Source: Promethearchaeota archaeon (GTDB lineage Archaea; Asgardarchaeota; Odinarchaeia; Odinarchaeales; JBHLKK01). From it: DNA of 14,132 bases. A program made the translations under genes and the position numbers. The stretch is taken from NCBI GenBank assembly GCA_048939465.1, contig JBHLPL010000011.1, forward strand, positions 13,874 through 28,005, in the 5' to 3' direction. This document shows positions 1 through 7,319 of the stretch, in pieces. The stretch's first letter is position 1. Every line of letters starts with the position of its first letter. The notes under the pieces were generated by a model. That model was not told the origin of the DNA. It saw only the letters and a program-made list of their open reading frames with translations, and searched no databases.

Positions 1-956
1 ATTCTAATCTTTTCTACCTTAGCCGGCTCTATGTGTACGGTGAACATGTCTAAATGACTCACTTCCTCCTTCAGTTTCTTTTCTATTCTATCCGTAATCT
101 CATGAGCTCTCTTCACATCTAAGAAACCTGATACTCCTACTGTCGCCTCGCCAAATATGAAAGAACCAGATTTTCTGAGCTTTATATCTCTCATCTCTTT
201 TACGCCATCAACTTTGGACACTATGGTCTCTATAGACCCTAAGAGTTCTGGATCTGTCCATGCGTCAAGTAGGAGCAATGTGGTATCCTTCGTGGAGATA
301 ACTCCAATTCTAAGAATCAATATGGAGAGAATTATGCCAACTACTCCCCCTGCATGAAGAAACCCTATATATGAAAATACAAGGCTCACAAAGACCGTAC
401 TGGATTTCAAGATGTCCGATTTCCTTTCTCTTGCATTGATTAGTATTATTTCTGAGCCAATTCTGGTTCCGACTTTGCTGAGGTAATGGAATATCCAGAA
501 GGAGGCAATGATAGACACAATCGCTGCTGCAAAGGCCATAGACGCAAATCTTAACTGTGTTGGGGCCAAGATTTGGATTATGCTTTCTCTGAGGAGCACT
601 GCGCCGATAAAGACAATAAAGACTGAAACAATCAGACCGATCAAGTTTTCCACACGATAATATCCGTAAGGGAATCTTCTGTCAGGACTTCTCTGAGAAA
701 CCCTCAGTCCGAACCATGAAGCAGACATAGTAAAGATGTCTGAGAAAGCATCAAATGCATCACCAATTAAAGAAATACTGCCTGACAGTAATCCAGCCAG
801 TAGTTTCAGAGTTAAGAGGGCTACGGCAGCAAAAGCTGAATATGCTGTTAGTCTTTCTCCTTGTTTTAGGAGACGTGCTCTCTCTCTTGACGAGTCGGAA
901 GACTTCGATTCATCGATTTGCATCTTCATCATCGTGATTCCTATCTGATTCTTCAT
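1..956 (-). CDS. Cation diffusion facilitator (FieF/CDF family) transporter, 3'-partial; probably fused to a C-terminal NifB/NifX-like domain beyond the window edge
   Basis: Not in the ORF track because it runs off the left edge. Manual translation from ATG 956, directly after the TAA of the upstream gene, is open to base 1. It reads ...LLSGSISLIGDAFDAFSDIF...RFPYGYYRVENL...NARERKSDIL...LLDAW...DIKLRKSGSFIFGEATV...AHEITDRIEKKL...TVHIEP-AKVEKIRI, which are CDF TM2/TM5 and cytosolic-domain motifs. The final KIRI resembles the start of a NifX-type domain. Confidence 0.9.
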   Translation of the reverse strand, partial: MKNQIGITMMKMQIDESKSSDSSRERARLLKQGERLTAYSAFAAVALLTLKLLAGLLSGSISLIGDAFDAFSDIFTMSASWFGLRVSQRSPDRRFPYGYYRVENLIGLIVSVFIVFIGAVLLRESIIQILAPTQLRFASMAFAAAIVSIIASFWIFHYLSKVGTRIGSEIILINARERKSDILKSSTVFVSLVFSYIGFLHAGGVVGIILSILILRIGVISTKDTTLLLLDAWTDPELLGSIETIVSKVDGVKEMRDIKLRKSGSFIFGEATVGVSGFLDVKRAHEITDRIEKKLKEEVSHLDMFTVHIEPAKVEKIR

Positions 957-1850
957 TTAATCAAGAATATCCGCTAGCCTCCTAAAAACATTAACTAAGG
1001 CAGCCGCTGCACGGCTGCTGGGCTGATCCTCAACGACCGGCGCAGCATTTGCTATTGAGGCTGGAACGGAGTCATCAAGCGGTATTTCTCCCAATAAGTC
1101 AATGTTTGAATTCTTGACAAATCTCAGCAGCTCCGCCCTGATGGGCTCGTACAAGTCTGCCTTGTTCAAAACAAGACCCGCAGGATGTCCGAAATGATTG
1201 ACAGTCAGAACTATTCTTTCTAAGTCGTGTTTAGCAGCTGGAGTAGGCTCAGTAATCAGTATGACATAATCTGCATTTGAGACTGCTGCTATGGCAGGAC
1301 AGCCGACGCCCGGAGGACCATCTGCAATCATTAAGTCCGCGTTTATCTTCTTCACGAGCTGTCTGGCTCTGTTCCTTGTTTCCACAACTATCTTGCCACT
1401 TCCAGTTCCCCCTATTTTTAGCTGTCCTACGACAACAGGGAATCCAAACTTCGAATGTATTTCTCTTATAACGCCGCTTTCGGCTTCTCTCATGTCCACA
1501 GCCTCTACTGGACAGACGACGGCACAGGCACCGCAGCCTTCGCAGAACATTTCAAGAATCTTCGGCACACCATCCGAATTTGTGTCCTTTATGGCGTCAA
1601 ATTTGCAGGCATCAATGCATAGACCGCAGCTGTTGCACTTCTCAGGATCTACTACTGCGATTTCGGTAGCAGCAATGGTTTCTCTGTTTCTTTCTAAGCC
1701 TTCTAAAACGAGAGCTAGGTTGGGGGCATCGACATCATAGTCGGCCGCTACTATTCTTGAGCCTTTTCTGTGAAAAAGCAAAGCCAAAGAAGCACTAATT
1801 GTTGTCTTTCCAACTCCTCCTTTGCCACTGACAATTACGATTTCCTTCAT
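957..1850 (-). CDS. MinD-superfamily P-loop ATPase with inserted 2x[4Fe-4S] ferredoxin domain (COG1149-type)
   Basis: Deviant Walker A SGKGGVGKT, DYDVDAPN, ferredoxin motifs CNSCGLCIDAC and CEGCGACAVVCP, DGPPGVGCP, VLNKAD. ATGA overlap with the upstream paralogue. Confidence 0.92.
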   Translation of the reverse strand: MKEIVIVSGKGGVGKTTISASLALLFHRKGSRIVAADYDVDAPNLALVLEGLERNRETIAATEIAVVDPEKCNSCGLCIDACKFDAIKDTNSDGVPKILEMFCEGCGACAVVCPVEAVDMREAESGVIREIHSKFGFPVVVGQLKIGGTGSGKIVVETRNRARQLVKKINADLMIADGPPGVGCPAIAAVSNADYVILITEPTPAAKHDLERIVLTVNHFGHPAGLVLNKADLYEPIRAELLRFVKNSNIDLLGEIPLDDSVPASIANAAPVVEDQPSSRAAAALVNVFRRLADILD

Positions 1851-2752
1851 ATTTCCAAAAGCTCCTTTGCTTTTTCATAGAGACTCAGCAAAGCCTTTGC
1901 TCCCGGTGCGAAGGGGGAAGCTAGGACAACAGGTACTCCACGCACGTAACAGTCTAATATAGAACGGTCCAGAGGGATTTCTGAGACAATTTCTGTTGAG
2001 TGTTTCTTGCTCACTTCCCCTATTAAGTCTTGGCTACCCTTCATGTCGGATCGATTAAGAACCACGAAGGTCTTTAGTTTCATCAATTCAAGCAAACTCA
2101 GAATCAGGTCCAAATCGTGAGCCCCAAAAGACGTTGGCTCTGTTACCGCAAATGTTATGTCCATGCCGAAAAGAGCGTTTACAACATCGCAGTGAGCTCC
2201 AGGAGCGGTATCTATTATTATTATGTCGTATTTGCCTACTAGGTTCTTCCTGAATGCCCTCTTCTTTGCAGCCTTAACTACTGCAGCTCCTCGCACTTCA
2301 TGCAGCTTCAGCTCTCCTACTACCAGGTCAATGCCATATGCTGACCCCTCATGTATCCAACCAATGACTTTCTCCCCGGCTGAGATTGCGTCATCGGGAC
2401 AGATCAGCAAACAGGATTCGCACCCGGTGCACAATTCAGCAAACAAAATTGGAAACTGAGACTTCACCTGAAGGATAGCATGTTCTCGGCAAACATCGCT
2501 ACACTTCCCGCATCGAGTGCACTTCTCGTGGTCAAATATTGGTTGGAAGACTTTTACATCTTCGCTCTTTTCGAGCCTTGATCCCAAGAGTATGGCTACG
2601 TTTGGGGCATCAACATCACAATCGATAATTAGAGTCTTTTTCCCGTTTTGCATGAAAGAGGTCGCAAGGTTTGTCGCCACCATGGTCTTTCCGGTCCCAC
2701 CCTTTCCGCCAGTTATCCCAATCAACGATGTTTTGTTGTTGCTCCTAGACAA
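1847..2752 (-). CDS. MinD-superfamily P-loop ATPase with inserted 2x[4Fe-4S] ferredoxin domain (second paralogue)
   Basis: GGKGGTGKT, DCDVDAPN, CTRCGKCSDVC and CTGCESCLLICP, DTAPGAHC, VTEPT. TTG start. Confidence 0.92.
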   Translation of the reverse strand: MSRSNNKTSLIGITGGKGGTGKTMVATNLATSFMQNGKKTLIIDCDVDAPNVAILLGSRLEKSEDVKVFQPIFDHEKCTRCGKCSDVCREHAILQVKSQFPILFAELCTGCESCLLICPDDAISAGEKVIGWIHEGSAYGIDLVVGELKLHEVRGAAVVKAAKKRAFRKNLVGKYDIIIIDTAPGAHCDVVNALFGMDITFAVTEPTSFGAHDLDLILSLLELMKLKTFVVLNRSDMKGSQDLIGEVSKKHSTEIVSEIPLDRSILDCYVRGVPVVLASPFAPGAKALLSLYEKAKELLEI

Positions 2753-2897
2753 TGAAAAACCCCCTTATCGATGAAGGTCTTGATATATCTTACGGAACCC
2801 TTCGGTCTGCTTTATCTCTTCCTGCTACGTCATCAAATAAGGTTTACATGGAAAAGCCACAGCACGCTCAGCCTACTTTCATCTCCAGGCATTACCT

Positions 2898-3329
2898 CTA
2901 TCTACGTCTGCCCCCTCCGCCTCCTCTTCCCATTCCCCTACCCATACCTCGCCCGCCGCCGATACCAGGAGCCGTAGGAGATGTGATTTCTGTCAGTTCT
3001 CCTTTTATGTATTCTTGAACCGCATCCCTTACAGTTGTACCCAAAGGCCCAGCGAATACCTTTATGCCAACTTGATTTAGTGAGGCAAGGGCATTTGGCC
3101 CTAGGTTACCCGCAATTATTGCATTAGCACCTAAATTCGCCACTGTTTGGGCCGCCTGGATCCCCGCGCCTCTGAAAGCGTCTACTGAAGTATTCTGAAC
3201 CACATTGGCCAATTCTATTCTGCTATTGTCAACGTCTACAACAGTATAGAATGCGCATCTGGCAAAACGGGGGTCAATGTATGCGTCCAAACCGCCTGGC
3301 GCCTGAGAGGCTACCACAACTCTAATCAT
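2898..3329 (-). CDS. NifB/NifX (dinitrogenase FeMo-cofactor-binding / ORP-like) family protein with Gly/Arg-rich C-terminal tail
   Basis: DPRFARCAFY, GAGIQAAQ and GNLGPNA motifs. Tail is GGGRGMGRGMGRGGGGGRRR. Confidence 0.88.
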   Translation of the reverse strand: MIRVVVASQAPGGLDAYIDPRFARCAFYTVVDVDNSRIELANVVQNTSVDAFRGAGIQAAQTVANLGANAIIAGNLGPNALASLNQVGIKVFAGPLGTTVRDAVQEYIKGELTEITSPTAPGIGGGRGMGRGMGRGGGGGRRR

Positions 3330-4222
3330 TTTCTTGATCCCTCCCTAGCTTCTATTTTCAATCGATTCACTATCTTCTCAGAGATGGTTTCCAAAATCTT
3401 TGCGGACGGGGAACTCCTATGCTCGATAACGAATGGTTTTCCGATATCAGAATCACCCGATATTGTTGGATCCATAGGGACTCTTGCCAGAAGAGGAACA
3501 TTAGTCTCATGGGCTAGTTTCTCACCGCCTCCAGATCCAAGTAGCTCGAATTCCGAACCGCATTTTGGACATATGAATCCACTCATATTCTCAACTATGC
3601 CTAAGATGGGAATCTTCATCATCTTCACCATGTTTATTGCTTTTCTAACAACTAGTTGCGAGACCTCGGAGGGTGCGGTGACCATTATAACACCATCTAG
3701 ATCTGGTATCAGTTGCATTATGGTAAGCGATTCATCTCCTGTACCGGGAGGTAAATCTATAAGCAAGAAATCCAGTTTTCCCCAGACCACATCCGACAGG
3801 AACTGACGTATTGCTGTCATCTTCAGTGGTCCTCTCCATATTACGGGGGAACCACTATCCGGAAGGAAAAAATCCATTGAAACCACTTCTATGTTGAAGG
3901 GGCCTATTATGGGGAAGATCCCGGGGGGTCCTGCAATTGGATGCTGCCCTTGGATTCCTAACATTTTGGGAATGCACGGCCCATGGAAATCTGCGTCAAG
4001 AATCCCCACTCTGAGATCCCTTGAAGCGAGTTCTGCCGCCAGATTTGCAGTTATCATACTTTTCCCTACTCCACCCTTTCCACTCATGACTGCGATTTTG
4101 TGATCTATCTGCTTCATGCGTATTCCTAGTTTTCTTTCTTGCTCGATGACTTTTTCTCTTGATTTGGAGAGTCTACCTTCTTGCGTTATGGGGGTTTCCT
4201 GACTCATTTTATTCTCCTTCAT
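3326..4222 (-). CDS. mrp: Mrp/NBP35/ApbC family Fe-S cluster carrier ATPase
   Basis: MSGKGGVGKS, DADFHGP, VIWRGP, WGKLDFLLIDLPPGTGD, ENMSGFICPKC. The true start may be ATG 4207, which has AGGAG 6 nt upstream. Confidence 0.95.
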   Translation of the reverse strand: MKENKMSQETPITQEGRLSKSREKVIEQERKLGIRMKQIDHKIAVMSGKGGVGKSMITANLAAELASRDLRVGILDADFHGPCIPKMLGIQGQHPIAGPPGIFPIIGPFNIEVVSMDFFLPDSGSPVIWRGPLKMTAIRQFLSDVVWGKLDFLLIDLPPGTGDESLTIMQLIPDLDGVIMVTAPSEVSQLVVRKAINMVKMMKIPILGIVENMSGFICPKCGSEFELLGSGGGEKLAHETNVPLLARVPMDPTISGDSDIGKPFVIEHRSSPSAKILETISEKIVNRLKIEAREGSRK

Positions 4223-4237
4223 TCCTGAACTATCCCC

Positions 4238-4612
4238 TTAATGCCTATGACGAGACTCACCGCAGGGCTCCGTAAGCGGCACAAGCTTCTTATCCACATA
4301 GGCGTCAATGGCTTCCCTGACGCTTCCAACTTCCCCGGAAAAAACATCTATTCCCAAATCCTGAAACAAGGAGATAGCTCTCCGACCCAGTCCTTTCACA
4401 ATCAATACGTCGGGCTTGAGATCGACTATGAGCGCAGAAGCACGACCACGACCTCCAAAGTGCTCTCCTACGTTCTTTACAGGATTAAGACTCCTGACTT
4501 CGTTTTCCTTTGATAACTCAACCACTGCAAAGACGGGCGCTCTGCCGAAATGGCCAGAAATCTGAGACTTTTCTCCTGCAAATTCTTCAATTGGTATTAC
4601 AATCTTGACCAT
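4238..4612 (-). CDS. NifB/NifX family protein (second), with Cys/His C-terminus
   Basis: SGHFGRAPVF, EHFGG and GLGRRA motifs; ends PCGESRHRH. GAGGTGA Shine-Dalgarno at 4626-4620. Confidence 0.88.
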   Translation of the reverse strand: MVKIVIPIEEFAGEKSQISGHFGRAPVFAVVELSKENEVRSLNPVKNVGEHFGGRGRASALIVDLKPDVLIVKGLGRRAISLFQDLGIDVFSGEVGSVREAIDAYVDKKLVPLTEPCGESRHRH

Positions 4613-4619
4613 TGTTTAT

Positions 4620-4668
4620 TCACCTCTCTGAGCTGCCGAATTGATTTAGTACGTTTCAAGATTTAAAG
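4620..4668 (-). promoter_or_regulatory. Probable internal promoter (TTTAAAT TATA-like box) and Shine-Dalgarno for the nifX-mrp block
   Basis: Minus strand reads CTTTAAAT at 4668-4661 and GAGGTGA 7 nt before ATG 4612. The same CTTTAAATC occurs upstream of nikR. Confidence 0.5.
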
Positions 4669-4767
4669 CTTATATGCCCTTGATTTATGTATCTTCCAAA
4701 CAACGTTCCATCAGCCACTGCATCTGGAGTCCTTGGGTCTCCGCGATTTCTGACATTCTCATGCCGC

Positions 4768-5127
4768 TTATTGGTCTTCCTTCATTTCGTTGAGTCTTTT
4801 TCTTATATCTTTCAATTGCTGCTCCAGTAGGCGTTTTTGACTCTCAAGCATCTGCTTTTCTTGATCTTTAGTTAATTGAGGTCTCATTGAAGCTATTGGC
4901 TGCGGAATCTTTGCGGGATCTATCGCGGCTTTTGGGAGAGTTTGTAGATATGATTGAAACTGCGGCAGTTGTCCGCTCTGCATTATCCACTCGGCAGTGG
5001 GGGGCAATCCGGAAGGAGATCTTCCAACCCAGCCTGGCGAGAATCCGAAGCGAATCCATCCAGGGAGGCCAGTTATTTGGTACATCCATCGATGTCTTCG
5101 TCCTCTTCCACCACCTCGATAAGCCAC
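4768..5127 (-). CDS. DUF5320-like protein (Gly/Arg-rich N-terminus, C-terminal coiled coil)
   Basis: RGGGRGRRHRWMYQITGLPGWIRFG...GLPP motif and heptad tail QEKQMLESQKRLLEQQLKDIRKRL. GTG start with GAGGTGG Shine-Dalgarno. Confidence 0.8.
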   Translation of the reverse strand: MAYRGGGRGRRHRWMYQITGLPGWIRFGFSPGWVGRSPSGLPPTAEWIMQSGQLPQFQSYLQTLPKAAIDPAKIPQPIASMRPQLTKDQEKQMLESQKRLLEQQLKDIRKRLNEMKEDQ

Positions 5128-5141
5128 TTTCGACCACCTCT

Positions 5142-5172
5142 ATTTTGTGTATATGCACAAAATCTTTATAAA
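5142..5172. promoter_or_regulatory. Palindromic operator ATTTTGTG-tATATg-CACAAAAT plus TTTATAAA TATA box (copy 1)
   Basis: 8-bp perfect inverted arms at 5142-5149 and 5156-5163, TATA at 5165-5172. A second copy is at 7232-7261. Confidence 0.8.
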
Positions 5173-5185
5173 GTTATCTATTGAC

Positions 5186-5394
5186 CCCAAGAACGCTCGT
5201 CCGAAGGGTGAAGATGAATTGCGTTGAGTTTCATAGACTCTTCTGTAACGAATATTTGAATTGAGTCGAGGTAGACTCATCGATTCGTGAGAGTCGAGTT
5301 TCAGGGCAGGAACTGCCCGTAGAGCCTGTAAGGCGCATCCCTTTAGGGAATGGATGAAGCAAGAAGCTCCTTGAGAAAGGAAGTAATAGTTCAC
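5186..5394 (+). mobile_element. Non-autonomous IS200/IS605-family miniature derivative (left end + TnpB-tail/omegaRNA-like right end, no tnpA or tnpB)
   Basis: TTGAC lies immediately 5'. Left end CCCAAGAACGCTCGTCC-GAA-GGGTGAAGATGAATTG is an imperfect hairpin. The plus frame 5301-5357 reads SGQELPVEPVRRIPLGNG*, like archaeal TnpB C-tails. Right end is GATGAAGCAAGAAGC-TCCTT-GAGA-AAGGA-AGTAATAG-TTCAC. The match is to remembered family end patterns, not to a database hit. Confidence 0.68.
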
Positions 5395-5425
5395 TGTATG
5401 AAAAGCAGATCACAACAACGCAGTA

Positions 5426-6424
5426 TCATGACTTAAAGGAATAGTAGGTCTCATCCTGACTGACTTTGCTGATTATCAAATCCTTGGATCTGAGCCTGGT
5501 CATATGTTTGATAACTGTTGTAGGGGAAAGACTTAGCATACTAGAGATATCTACGACACGGCAAGGTCTACGCTTGAGAATTTCAAGTATTTCATCTTTG
5601 AGATTCTTGCCAGGCTTCCATTCTACACGCTTACCTCTCGCATCATGGATTCCATAGACCCAGAGTTTTTCTTCGCCCAAGGTCCCTTTGAGGTCGTTAG
5701 CAAACTGGCTTAGATCATTTTGGGAGACGGGTCGAACGAACCCCTCTGATGGAGGTCTCCAAGGTGTGTATACCTGGACTAGATCCGGATTAATATCAAT
5801 TATCGAGTTTATCAACTGTCGTCGGGCTTCTCCGTCCACATTTGATATTCCAGAAGTTGTTCGAAGGAGCATGACTTCTAAAGCTACCATACCTTCGGTT
5901 TTTGCCTTAAGACTCTTTATTGACTGCTTTATCTTCTGGATGCTTATGCCTCTAACAGGTCTGTTTATGGCTCTGAACGTTTTTTCATCCCCCGCGTCAA
6001 ACTTGTTGGTAATTATGTCCAATCTAGAGACGTTTTCCGCCACATCACTTCTATGTAGCTGAGAAGCATTTGTAAGGATCACCAAAGGGATTGAACCTAC
6101 CAGGGGGCGAATTCCGTCTATAATCTCCCCTAATTTTAGATTCAATGTAGGCTCACCGGTCCCTGAAAACGTAACTACATCAATAGTGTCAATATCAATT
6201 CCGGTAAGGAATTGATTAAATTCATCTATTATTCTGCCAGGTGTGGGGAGATCCTCATTTACTTTTCCGGGATCTGACACATGAATCTTTGTTCTTCCCA
6301 ATTGGCAATATATGCAATCAAAAGTGCATTTCTTCGGTAATGTTGTGGTATCTATTCCTAAAGATCGGCCGAATCGCCACGATGGGACAGGTCCATAAAC
6401 AGTCTTCAAAAATCTGACCTCCAA
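5426..6424 (-). CDS. Radical SAM protein (TYW1/wyosine-synthase-like, COG0731-type) with C-terminal winged-HTH-like segment
   Basis: YGPVPSWRFGRSLGID, CTFDCIYC (CxxxCxxC), FSGTGEPTL, ILTNAS. The C-terminal ~55 aa (EILEILKRRP...LSLSPTTVIKHMTRL...) look like a wHTH. TTG start. Confidence 0.88.
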   Translation of the reverse strand: MEVRFLKTVYGPVPSWRFGRSLGIDTTTLPKKCTFDCIYCQLGRTKIHVSDPGKVNEDLPTPGRIIDEFNQFLTGIDIDTIDVVTFSGTGEPTLNLKLGEIIDGIRPLVGSIPLVILTNASQLHRSDVAENVSRLDIITNKFDAGDEKTFRAINRPVRGISIQKIKQSIKSLKAKTEGMVALEVMLLRTTSGISNVDGEARRQLINSIIDINPDLVQVYTPWRPPSEGFVRPVSQNDLSQFANDLKGTLGEEKLWVYGIHDARGKRVEWKPGKNLKDEILEILKRRPCRVVDISSMLSLSPTTVIKHMTRLRSKDLIISKVSQDETYYSFKS

Positions 6425-6425
6425 A

Positions 6426-7163
6426 TTAAATCAGTATTATACAGCCTGATCCATTTTCTACATATTTGTCACCCATTGCTTCTTTGAAAGCTTCCTTAGC
6501 CCCCGCTCCCGTGCAGTGACAAGGAGATACAAGACTGACCTCTAACCTATGAAAATACTCCAAAATCGGTGTGACTTCTTTTTCGCTGGAGACATGAAAG
6601 CCCCCTATCACAGCATGAACCCTAGAGACCCCACTAACCTGTCTAGAAGTCTCTACTACTCTTATCAAGCCCGGATGAGCACATCCAGTAAGAACAATCA
6701 GTCCTTTATCCTTAATATTGATGACTACTGAATGCTCGGCTATTCCACCTTCCACTCTCCCGGTAGATATGCAGCCTCGTGCTATTCTTGCGGGAGTGGC
6801 TCTAACTTCTGGCATTCCTCCAAGTTCTCTTATCTTAAGCTCAGCAGATGGATTCTCCGAAGGAAGATAGATGGGTATTGGAAGCTTTAGCAAGGGCAGC
6901 AATTTGGTTAATGCTCCGCAGTGATCGCCGTGCCAATGTGATATGAAGACGGCGAGGATTTCTTGAAAATCAATCCCCATTTTTTCAGCGTTTGTTAACA
7001 AGGTCTTATGAGAGCCACTGGTATCCATCAAAAAAATGAATCGTTGTTTGTCGTATGCCAATTCAATCTGGAAGGACAGACCCCAGCAAGAAAGCAAGTT
7101 GGGGCGTTTTATCTTATTGTCCACAAGTGTGGATATCTTTGCTGTATTTGCGACTTCAGGCAG
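6426..7163 (-). CDS. Metallo-beta-lactamase-fold hydrolase (COG1237-type)
   Basis: WGLSF, MDTSG, ISHWHGDHCGAL (HxHxDH), GCAHPG, GGFH, PCHCTG. The ORF track starts at GTG 7124, but the frame extends to PEVANTAKISTL-VDN, so the start is set at CTG 7163 (or ATT 7166) behind GGAGG. Confidence 0.88.
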   Translation of the reverse strand: MPEVANTAKISTLVDNKIKRPNLLSCWGLSFQIELAYDKQRFIFLMDTSGSHKTLLTNAEKMGIDFQEILAVFISHWHGDHCGALTKLLPLLKLPIPIYLPSENPSAELKIRELGGMPEVRATPARIARGCISTGRVEGGIAEHSVVINIKDKGLIVLTGCAHPGLIRVVETSRQVSGVSRVHAVIGGFHVSSEKEVTPILEYFHRLEVSLVSPCHCTGAGAKEAFKEAMGDKYVENGSGCIILI

Positions 7164-7231
7164 AATGAAACCCCTCCCGCCTCGATTAATTGCTAACTGC
7201 CGTAGCAGCTATTCAGGGCTGTTTTCAAGTT

Positions 7232-7261
7232 ATTTTGTGAATATACACAAAATTTTATAAA
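7232..7261. promoter_or_regulatory. Palindromic operator ATTTTGTG-aATATa-CACAAAAT plus TTTATAAA box (copy 2), divergent promoter region
   Basis: Arms at 7232-7239 and 7246-7253 are identical to copy 1; TATA at 7254-7261. Lies between the MBL gene (-) and DUF134 (+). Confidence 0.8.
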
Positions 7262-7319
7262 GCCTTCTAGTATTTTAGTCTAATGGAAATCCCTAAATCG
7301 TGTCGTCCCGGAGCGGTGA

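Noticed and set aside
4690-4765. 25-codon minus-strand ORF (MRMSEIAETQ...) between DUF5320 and nifX
   Set aside because: No motif and no clear ribosome-binding site. It lies just upstream of a probable promoter.
5140-5413. ORFs 5140-5394(-) and 5231-5413(-)
   Set aside because: No family motifs. They cover an operator, a promoter and the hairpin-rich mini-element, which explain the sequence better.
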